NCBI GenBank assembly: GCA_965249035.1
Contig: CBDFKV010000006.1
Span: forward strand, 153,609 to 217,608
Direction of reading: 5' to 3'
Length of the DNA stretch: 64,000 nt
Source: Candidatus Poriferihabitaceae bacterium
Lineage (GTDB): Bacteria > Pseudomonadota > Gammaproteobacteria > Arenicellales > Poriferihabitantaceae
The notes under the pieces are model-generated. The model did no database searches. It had not been told where the DNA came from and was given only the letters and a program-made list of their open reading frames with translations. Below, piece after piece: positions 56,810-64,000 of the stretch; the stretch's first letter is position 1; each line of letters opens with the position of its first letter. A program made the translations under genes and the position numbers.

Positions 56810-58420
56810 TTAAGACGTCATCCACCAACGGTGATAGGCGCGCCCGCCATCATTTTCCCAGGAAGATGCAACGCTATCGCCGTGTGCAATTTTACTGTTA
56901 CGTGCATATACGTAATTTCTAAACAGCGGAATAATTGTGCCGCCATCATCGTGTGACAACTGGCACATTTCGTTATACATTTCAGCACGCACCCCTTCAT
57001 CGAGTTCGGCTTTTGCTTGTATCAGAAGCTCATTAAAGCGCTCGTTTTCCCAATGCGATTCATTCCATTCTGCGCCTTTTTTGTACGCCAACGTGAACAT
57101 ATTATCGGGAGTTGGGCGTGCGCCCCAGGTTACAGTCACAAATGGTTTCTTAAGCCAAACATCTGACCAGTAACCGTCATTTGGCTCACGTACTGCCTTC
57201 AAATCAATTCCCGCTGCTTTAGCGTGCTCAGAATACAAAACGCACATGTCTACAGCACCAGACATCAGTGAATCCGCGGTCGACAACTTGACGCTAAGCT
57301 TTTCCATTCCAGCCTGTTTCAGATGAAATTTTGCTTTGTCCGGGTCATAGGAACGCTGCGCTATGTCCGGCGCATAGGGCATGTTAGGCGAAACATGGTA
57401 ATCATTACCAATGGTTGCCGCGCCAAATCTGATTTTTTCAATAATATCTTCACGATTGATCGCATACTTCAGCGCGAGGCGCACATCGACATTATCATAC
57501 GGCGCAGTATCACAAAACATCGGCATAGTGATCGCCGCACCACTCGGTACATTGTCTATCAAGATATCTGGCTTACGTTCTAATAGTGACATGGTTTTTA
57601 AATCAACCGTTGTAATGCCATCTACATCACCGGTTATTAAGGCGGCTTGCATTGCATTTGGATCATTCAAAATTTTCAACTGGACCGCGTCAAAATAGGC
57701 GCCTTCACGATGCCAACCATCGTGGCGGACCAAATCGGTTTGAACGCCAGGCTCACGATTTTCAATTTTATAGGGGCCTGCGCCAATACCGCTTTCCCAC
57801 TCAATTCCGCCATCTTCTTTAGCGGGCAGCATCACCAGATGATAATCAGTCATGATCCAGGGCAGATCAGCCGTACCCTGAGAGAGTTCGATAATAATTG
57901 TGTGGTCGCCATCGGCTTTGATATCGGTGATATCCGCGACCAATGGTGCAGCGGCTGACCCTACTGATTCTTCTCGATGATAGTTCAAGGAGGCGATCGC
58001 ATCTTTGGCGGTAAACTTCCTGCCATCGTGGAAGGTTGCATTTTTATTCAGATGAAAGGTCCACATTTTGGCATCTGGTGACGCTTCCCAGGAATCTGCC
58101 ATATCCGGGCCCAGGCCATTTTCAGCGGTAATCTCAGTCAGAAAGCTGCGTATTGCATGCGATTCCTGGATCTCTTGTGTGCTTTGGAACTTGGCCGGAT
58201 CAAGTGTATCGCTGGTATTTCCATCATGTATACCCGCGCGAAAGGTTCCGCCTCTTTGTGGTGTTGCTGCAGCGACGTCAGTCGTCCATAGGGTTGATGC
58301 AGATGTCGCCGTTATGCCCGCCGCGACGGCATAATTCATAAATTGCCGGCGGCTCATTTTGCCACATTTTGCCTCGCTTGCAATTTTATCGATGATGGGG
58401 GAATGGCTTTTACTCGTCAT
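56810..58420 (-). CDS. ABC transporter substrate-binding protein, family 5, with Tat-type signal
   Basis: 536 aa with the twin-arginine leader MSRRQFMNYAVAAGITATSAS. Size and layout match peptide/opine-binding proteins. Confidence 0.85.
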   Translation of the reverse strand: MTSKSHSPIIDKIASEAKCGKMSRRQFMNYAVAAGITATSASTLWTTDVAAATPQRGGTFRAGIHDGNTSDTLDPAKFQSTQEIQESHAIRSFLTEITAENGLGPDMADSWEASPDAKMWTFHLNKNATFHDGRKFTAKDAIASLNYHREESVGSAAAPLVADITDIKADGDHTIIIELSQGTADLPWIMTDYHLVMLPAKEDGGIEWESGIGAGPYKIENREPGVQTDLVRHDGWHREGAYFDAVQLKILNDPNAMQAALITGDVDGITTVDLKTMSLLERKPDILIDNVPSGAAITMPMFCDTAPYDNVDVRLALKYAINREDIIEKIRFGAATIGNDYHVSPNMPYAPDIAQRSYDPDKAKFHLKQAGMEKLSVKLSTADSLMSGAVDMCVLYSEHAKAAGIDLKAVREPNDGYWSDVWLKKPFVTVTWGARPTPDNMFTLAYKKGAEWNESHWENERFNELLIQAKAELDEGVRAEMYNEMCQLSHDDGGTIIPLFRNYVYARNSKIAHGDSVASSWENDGGRAYHRWWMTS

Positions 58421-58642
58421 GCTGATCTCCTTGAATGAATGATTGTGTGAATATTATTGTTATGTCGCTAACGAAAACTTACTCTTCAGCGGCACATAAT
58501 TATAAATTTAGAGTACCAGTACCGCTAATGATAAGCAAATTTCCTCTTTTTTCGCCTAAACACCCTAATATTTGACGCTAAGGTGCAGTCTTATGTCGTA
58601 ATGAGGTTAACTACTTCGAATGCTAGGTTAAGCTATTCTTGA

Positions 58643-59323
58643 TTACGCAACCTCCAAGTCTATTTCAAGCGGGTTTGGTCTAACAAACATTTCGTGATCG
58701 CTTGACAGATTCCAGTGATCTAGCGCGAGCTGTTTTGCTCTCTCGGGATCCTGTTGTTCAATCGCGTCAATAAACTGGTCGTGATGATCACTCGCTGTAT
58801 ATAAGCGCTCTTGCATCTCAGAGTTATTTGCACGAAAAAAGGTGTGCGCAATTCTCGCGTGGTCTATTGAAAGGCGTTGCAGGCTGGGCCACAGATACTG
58901 ATTATCCGCCATTTCACCCATGATCAGGTGGAAGTTACTATTGTGATAGACCATCGAATCAGGATCACGGGCCAATACCGCCTTACAAAATTGGCGTTGT
59001 GATGCCTTTAGGGCAGTAAGCTGTTCCGAGCTACGGTTTTCAGCTGCCAGTACAGCGATCGATGCGTAGACAGGAGGTGCCGTACGGAAAAAATCACGCA
59101 GCATTTTGTAGTCCATTGATGACACATGCGCACCGCGGTTTTGCGCTATTTCCACATAACCTTCACCCGCCATGCGGCGCAAGACTTCTCTGACGGGTGT
59201 GCGTGAAAGGTTGTATCGTTTACCAAGTCTGGTCTCATCCAGTTTCTCTCCCGGCTGCAACTCCATGGTAAGAATCTGGCGCTTTAGCGCACGATATAAA
59301 TCGTCTTTGTTTTGTTTGCTCAT
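58643..59323 (-). CDS. GntR-family transcriptional regulator (FadR/FCD subfamily)
   Basis: 226 aa with an N-terminal winged HTH (LGKRYNLSRTPVREVLRRMAGEGYVEI) and an all-helical C-terminal domain. Confidence 0.85.
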   Translation of the reverse strand: MSKQNKDDLYRALKRQILTMELQPGEKLDETRLGKRYNLSRTPVREVLRRMAGEGYVEIAQNRGAHVSSMDYKMLRDFFRTAPPVYASIAVLAAENRSSEQLTALKASQRQFCKAVLARDPDSMVYHNSNFHLIMGEMADNQYLWPSLQRLSIDHARIAHTFFRANNSEMQERLYTASDHHDQFIDAIEQQDPERAKQLALDHWNLSSDHEMFVRPNPLEIDLEVA

Positions 59324-59399
59324 GGTTCATTTCCGCACACCATAAAAGAGATTTATGTACGGGGATATGTTTTGATTACGCTATTGTTGCACAGCGCAA

Positions 59400-59413
59400 A
59401 ATTGTATACAATT
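59400..59413. promoter_or_regulatory. candidate GntR operator (14-bp perfect palindrome)
   Basis: aattgtatacaatt, with core TTGTATACAA fitting the GntR/FadR-type GT-N-AC half-site arrangement. Lies in the divergent gap between the GntR gene and the DapA-like gene, 46 nt upstream of ATG 59459. Confidence 0.5.
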
Positions 59414-59458
59414 ATTATACATAATGCAAATCAAGCATCTTATCCAAATTATACCGAC

Positions 59459-60373
59459 ATGCAATTTGAAGGAATTTACACCCCAGTAATCACGCCGTTT
59501 AAAGATGATTTCTCGATCAATCGTGATCGCCTGGCAGAGGTAATTGAACATCTCATCAATGCAGGGGTTCACGGCATCATCCTGGCAGGTACAACTGGCG
59601 AGTACTACGCACAAACAAGCAAAGAACGTATTGAACTGATGTCGTTCTGCCATTCTTTAACTAAGGGCCATTTGCCGCTGATTATCGGTACAGGTGCGAT
59701 TCGCACGGAAGACAGTATCGAATTTGCTTTAGCCGCGAAAAAAGTCGGCGCAGATGCTTTGTTAATAGCCACCCCACCCTATGCCTACCCTACTGCTCGC
59801 GAGATTGCCCTGCATGCACTAGCGATTGATCGTGCCGTTAATCTACCCGTGATGTTGTATAACTATCCGGGCAGGATGAGTGTCAATATGGACGAAGAAA
59901 CACTTGATCGATTGGGACGTAGCCCTAATTTTTGCGCGATCAAAGAAAGCTCAGGTGATATAAACCGTTTGCATATGCTAGCGCGTGATTATCCGCATAT
60001 ACAACTGGCGTGTGGCATGGACGATCAGGCCCTGGAATTTTTTGCCTGGGGCGCACGGTCCTGGGTGTGCGCAGGTTCAAACTTCGCGCCGCAAGCACAT
60101 CTCGCACTGTATCAATCCTGCGTGGTAGAGGGAGACTTTATTAAGGGTCGACGCATCATGTCGGCCATGATGCCACTTATGCGGGTACTGGAACAGGGGG
60201 GCAAATTTATCCAATGCATAAAACACGGCATGACGCTGCGTGGTTTTGAAGCTGGGCCACCAAGAAAACCTCTGCAACCACTGAATAAAGATGATAAACG
60301 TCAGCTGGCGGAAGTGATTCGTACGCTAGATTCAGCAATAGAGAAGATCACCAGCGAGGAAGAACATGCCTGA
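59459..60373 (+). CDS. DapA/DHDPS-family lyase (pyrroline-hydroxy-carboxylate deaminase or keto-deoxy-acid dehydratase/aldolase type)
   Basis: Start moved to ATG 59459 (MQFEGIYTPVITPF...). Motifs GTTGEY and the Schiff-base lysine context CAIKESSG. 304 aa. Confidence 0.8.
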   Translation: MQFEGIYTPVITPFKDDFSINRDRLAEVIEHLINAGVHGIILAGTTGEYYAQTSKERIELMSFCHSLTKGHLPLIIGTGAIRTEDSIEFALAAKKVGADALLIATPPYAYPTAREIALHALAIDRAVNLPVMLYNYPGRMSVNMDEETLDRLGRSPNFCAIKESSGDINRLHMLARDYPHIQLACGMDDQALEFFAWGARSWVCAGSNFAPQAHLALYQSCVVEGDFIKGRRIMSAMMPLMRVLEQGGKFIQCIKHGMTLRGFEAGPPRKPLQPLNKDDKRQLAEVIRTLDSAIEKITSEEEHA

Positions 60374-61874
60374 TTTACTAAGCCTTGACGAATACCGAGC
60401 AATCGCGAATCAGATTGACTTTCCTCGTACTGCCTTTATCGATGGAAAATTCTGTGCCGGACAGGGCGGAAAAATACCCAGTATCAATCCGGCAACGGGA
60501 GAAACTATTTGCGAGATTTCAGCATGTAATGCAAAAGATGTTGACAAAGCTGTCTTAAAAGCACGCACAGCATTTGATCAAGGGCATTGGTCACAAAAAC
60601 ATCCCAGCGAGCGAAAAGCAGTACTGATTCGCCTCTGTAAATTGATCACCCGCAACCGCCGGGAACTCGCCGTCATGGAAAGTCTCGATAGCGGTAAGCC
60701 AATACGCGATTGTGAATTGATTGACATCCCCGAGACAATTCACACGATCAAATGGCATGCCGAATTGATTGATAAAATTTACGATCAAACCGCACCTGGC
60801 GGCCAGGATTCAATTGCCATGATTGTGCGTGAACCTATTGGTGTGGTTGGCGCGGTGTTGCCGTGGAACTTTCCATTGTTAATGCTGGCTTGGAAAATCG
60901 GGCCAGCGTTGGCAGCGGGCAATTCCGTCATCGTCAAACCTGCTGAGCAAACCTCATTAACCGCCCTCAAAATAGCCGAGTTGGCAATGGAAGCAGGTTT
61001 GCCACGCAGCATTTTACAGATATTGCCGGGAGATGGGCCTTCGGTCGGCGAGCCATTGGGATTACACCCTGATGTAGACATGGTGAGCTTTACCGGCTCG
61101 ACTGAAACCGGCAGACGTTTCTTGCGTTATGCGGCCGACAGCAACTTGAAGAGAATCGTCCTTGAATGCGGAGGTAAAAACCCTGCGGTGGTGTTGGATG
61201 ATGCAGAAGAATTAGATTTAGTGGCAAAACACATTGTGAACGCGGCATTCTGGAATATGGGTGAGAACTGTTCTGCCAATTCGCGTTTGATCGTCCATGA
61301 AGCGATCAAGGCGCCTTTACTTGAGCGTATTCTGGCGCGCATGCGTGACTGGAAAACCGGCGACCCACTCGACCCTGCTAATCATCTTGGTGCGCTGATT
61401 GACGGTCAACATTGCAGTAAAGTAGCCAGCTTTCTGGAAAACAAGAGTAAAGAAATAAAAACACTCGCTGGCGGAACAGTACAAGGGAATTTTGTTGAGC
61501 CAACCGTGCTTGACGAAGTTCCAAGAGACAGTAAACTGGCCACAGAAGAGATTTTCGGCCCGGTTCTGTCGGTGATTAGCGTGTCCTCATTAGAGCAGGC
61601 GATTGAAATTGCCAATGATTCAAAATACGGCTTAAATGCCAGCGTATTCAGCGCTAATATCAAATGCGCATTGAATGCTGCACGCGCCATTCGTGCAGGC
61701 ACGATAACGATTAATTGTTATGGCGAAGGGGATATTTCCACCCCATTTGGTGGCTATAAACAATCGGGCTTTGGTGGGCGCGACAACGGCATTTATGCGC
61801 ATGATCAATACACAGAATTAAAAACTATTTGGGTTGACCTAACTGATCCAGCCAGTGAAGACAAGGTTCTATGA
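60366..61874 (+). CDS. NAD(P)+ aldehyde dehydrogenase
   Basis: 502 aa with ALDH motifs VLECGGKNP (catalytic Cys region) and EEIFGPVLSV. Overlaps the upstream gene by 8 nt. Confidence 0.85.
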   Translation: MPDLLSLDEYRAIANQIDFPRTAFIDGKFCAGQGGKIPSINPATGETICEISACNAKDVDKAVLKARTAFDQGHWSQKHPSERKAVLIRLCKLITRNRRELAVMESLDSGKPIRDCELIDIPETIHTIKWHAELIDKIYDQTAPGGQDSIAMIVREPIGVVGAVLPWNFPLLMLAWKIGPALAAGNSVIVKPAEQTSLTALKIAELAMEAGLPRSILQILPGDGPSVGEPLGLHPDVDMVSFTGSTETGRRFLRYAADSNLKRIVLECGGKNPAVVLDDAEELDLVAKHIVNAAFWNMGENCSANSRLIVHEAIKAPLLERILARMRDWKTGDPLDPANHLGALIDGQHCSKVASFLENKSKEIKTLAGGTVQGNFVEPTVLDEVPRDSKLATEEIFGPVLSVISVSSLEQAIEIANDSKYGLNASVFSANIKCALNAARAIRAGTITINCYGEGDISTPFGGYKQSGFGGRDNGIYAHDQYTELKTIWVDLTDPASEDKVL

Positions 61875-63439
61875 GCTCAGCCATCACATCACAAGCTGAA
61901 GCGCCCAATGGGCGTCGAGGTGGTCGTAGTAGCCGTCGCAAAGCCCGATCAGGCCTCCAACAAAAGATGTTGCCCGCACTAAAACGAAACCTGCCGCTGA
62001 TCGAACCCATGACGCCTGATCAAATTGAGCGCATCGACAATGCCTCAATGGATATTCTTGAAAATGTTGGGATCGTATTCCGCGATGAAATTGCACTGGC
62101 AGATTGGAAAAAAGTGGGCGCCAAAATAAAGGGAGATCGCGTGTATCTCGATCGCGGCTTAGTAAAAACGCTGATTACCAGCCTGCCTTCTGAATTCACC
62201 TTTCACGCGCGCAACCCCGAGAATAACTTGCCCTTTGGTGGCCCGCATTCAATTTTCGTACCGATGACAGGTGCACCTTTTCTGCGTGATCTTGAGGATA
62301 AACGGCGTAATCCAACGCTGGATGATCTGGCCATGTTTCATAAGCTCGCGCATATGTCACCGGCCTTACACTCCTCAGCGCATCACATTGTTGAACCCAT
62401 GGATCACGTAATATCACACCGACATTTGCGCATCACCTATTCGTCGATGAAGTATTCTGACAAGACCTTTATGGGTATGACGACTACGCCCAAGAATGCC
62501 GAAGATGTGATTGATATGTGCCGTATTTTATTTGGTGCTGAGTACATCCAAAATCACCCGGTTGTGACCGGTAATTGTAATTGTAACTCACCGTTAATCT
62601 GGGATGAAACCATGCTCGGCGCGATGCGTGCTTTTTGCAAGGCTAATCAACCAGTTTTGTGCTCACCATTCGTACTCGGAGGCGCGAACACGCCAGCATC
62701 TGTCCCGGCTGCGGTTGCCCAGCTTAATGCCGAAGCACTTTCAGCGCTGGCTTACACACAGCTCATTAACAAAGGCTGCCCAGCGATTTATGGGCATTAC
62801 CTTTCCACTGTGTCAATGGCGAGTGGCGCTCCGATGGCCGGCACTCCTGAAATCAGTTTGATGAATTTTATGATTGGCCAGATGGCACGCCATTATGCCA
62901 TTCCCTGGAGAACATCAAACACGCTGGGTGGCGCCAAAACTTTTGATGCACAAGCAGGTTATGAAAGTGCTAGCACTATGATGGCAGTGATGATGTCCGG
63001 GGCGAATTATATCTGGCATTCTGCTGGCTGGAACGAAGCGGGGATGCATTGTTCGGTGGCAAAATTTGTAGTCGATGCAGAACAATGCGCGATGGCGTAT
63101 CGAATGACTGAAGGTATTCGCTGGGATGATTTTGATGAGTGTATTGCCGCCGTTGGGGACATTGGTCCAGGCGGTCATTTCTTGGGGCATGCACATACGC
63201 TCGCTAATTTCCAGGAAGCTTTTTTTATGCCCAAGTTGTTTGATAATAACTCGATCGAGCAGTGGGTTGCTGACGGCTCTCAAGATATCACTGAGCGTGC
63301 TTTAAAGCACGCAAAGCGCTTATTAGAAGAATACGAGGAACCCAAATTGGATGAAGCCGTGGACGAGGAATTGTTGGCTTATATCGCCAAACGCGAGCAC
63401 GAGATTCCAGCCGTTGAAGCGCTAAATGACAAGCACTGA
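61871..63439 (+). CDS. MttB-superfamily (trimethylamine methyltransferase-like) protein, non-pyrrolysine type
   Basis: 522 aa in one uninterrupted frame with no in-frame TAG. Family-typical stretches: ...IERIDNASMDILENVGIVF..., ...PGGHFLGHAHTL... ATGA overlap with the ALDH stop. Confidence 0.8.
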   Translation: MSSAITSQAEAPNGRRGGRSSRRKARSGLQQKMLPALKRNLPLIEPMTPDQIERIDNASMDILENVGIVFRDEIALADWKKVGAKIKGDRVYLDRGLVKTLITSLPSEFTFHARNPENNLPFGGPHSIFVPMTGAPFLRDLEDKRRNPTLDDLAMFHKLAHMSPALHSSAHHIVEPMDHVISHRHLRITYSSMKYSDKTFMGMTTTPKNAEDVIDMCRILFGAEYIQNHPVVTGNCNCNSPLIWDETMLGAMRAFCKANQPVLCSPFVLGGANTPASVPAAVAQLNAEALSALAYTQLINKGCPAIYGHYLSTVSMASGAPMAGTPEISLMNFMIGQMARHYAIPWRTSNTLGGAKTFDAQAGYESASTMMAVMMSGANYIWHSAGWNEAGMHCSVAKFVVDAEQCAMAYRMTEGIRWDDFDECIAAVGDIGPGGHFLGHAHTLANFQEAFFMPKLFDNNSIEQWVADGSQDITERALKHAKRLLEEYEEPKLDEAVDEELLAYIAKREHEIPAVEALNDKH

Positions 63440-63471
63440 GGCGCACGAGTAAAGCGCTGTTGCCACCCACC

Positions 63472-64000
63472 GTGAAAGTAAAAAAGTTACCCAAAGATCC
63501 CGGCGACACGGGCTGGAACGGGATTTTATCCCCCCAAAGGTACTACCCTGAACTTGATACATCGCAAACTTGCGATAACTTAATTATCGGCGCAGGTTTT
63601 GCGGGTCTGGCTGCTGCGCGTCGAATATCACAACTTGGCCCTTTTGATAAAACCATCATTGTTGAGGCTAAACGCATCGCTCAAGGCCCGGCTGGACGCA
63701 ATACTGGTTTTATGATTGATTTGCCGCATGATCTCGCGTCCGATGATTATCGTGGCGAAACTCAACGTGATCTAAATCATATTAAATTTAACCGGGCAGG
63801 CATCTCTTTCGCCATCGAGGCGGCAAAAGAATATGGTATGTCTGGCGAAGCTTTTGCTATGAGCGGAAAAATTAACGCCGCAGCCAGCGGAAAGGGCATA
63901 CAAAACAATAAGGACTATGCAGCACACTTAAAGGCCATGAACGAAGCACACAATTTTCTAGATGAAAAAGAAATGCAGGCCATCACTGGATCGACATATT
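63472..64000 (+). CDS. FAD-dependent oxidoreductase (DAO family), N-terminal part (runs off the window end)
   Basis: Open frame to the window end from GTG 63472 (an in-frame TTG at 63460 is also possible). Dinucleotide-binding motif DNLIIGAGFAGLAAARR. Absent from the ORF track because there is no stop in the window. Confidence 0.65.
   Translation, partial: MKVKKLPKDPGDTGWNGILSPQRYYPELDTSQTCDNLIIGAGFAGLAAARRISQLGPFDKTIIVEAKRIAQGPAGRNTGFMIDLPHDLASDDYRGETQRDLNHIKFNRAGISFAIEAAKEYGMSGEAFAMSGKINAAASGKGIQNNKDYAAHLKAMNEAHNFLDEKEMQAITGSTY

Noticed and set aside
61871-63439. Possibility that the MttB homologue is a pyrrolysine-containing trimethylamine methyltransferase
   Set aside because: The 522-codon frame contains no internal TAG and no pyl genes are in the window. 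It belongs with the non-Pyl members.

Overview
This 64-kb window reads like the chromosome of a gammaproteobacterium (hda, htpX, truD, pyrF, ygiQ and caiD homologues); the taxonomic guess is inference only. It falls into three blocks.

(1) 1-25.1 kb. htpX and tRNA-Ser(GGA) are followed by a visibly AT-richer, minus-strand polysaccharide locus of the ABC-transporter (wzm/wzt) type that is full of insertion sequences. It holds manC, a GDP-heptose/6-deoxyheptose gene set, three stand-alone glycosyltransferase genes and two sulfotransferase domains. One sulfotransferase domain sits in a 1159-aa sulfotransferase/coiled-coil/GT2/GT4 fusion protein. An oafA-like O-acyltransferase gene is split by an IS. 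The block carries two identical IS1595-family copies, two near-identical IS630-family copies and at least three IS fragments.

(2) 25.1-43.5 kb. Mostly housekeeping and envelope genes: DUF302, pyrF, truD, rhodanese, MarC, YgiQ, AI-2E transporter, TerC, BON/LysM protein, hda and a CDP-alcohol phosphatidyltransferase. It also contains a 3-gene exported M48-protease module, an OmpA/BON protein, a repeat-containing H3TH protein and two oxidoreductases.

(3) 43.5-64 kb. Quaternary-amine/osmolyte catabolism:
- a caiD / acyl-CoA dehydrogenase / NDP-forming acyl-CoA synthetase set joined to carnitine dehydrogenase-thioesterase, BKACE and a CdhR-like regulator;
- choline sulfatase;
- a family-5 ABC importer;
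- a GntR-controlled cluster of a DapA-like enzyme, an aldehyde dehydrogenase, a non-pyrrolysine MttB-family methyltransferase and an FAD oxidoreductase.

The most unusual items are the sulfotransferase-tipped, WbbB-like polymerase candidate, the MttB homologue embedded in a hydroxyproline-catabolism-like cluster, and the hybrid butyrobetaine/carnitine pathway. I saw no CRISPR array, rRNA, prophage or recognisable defence system. All family calls come from reading motifs in the supplied translations; no database search was run.
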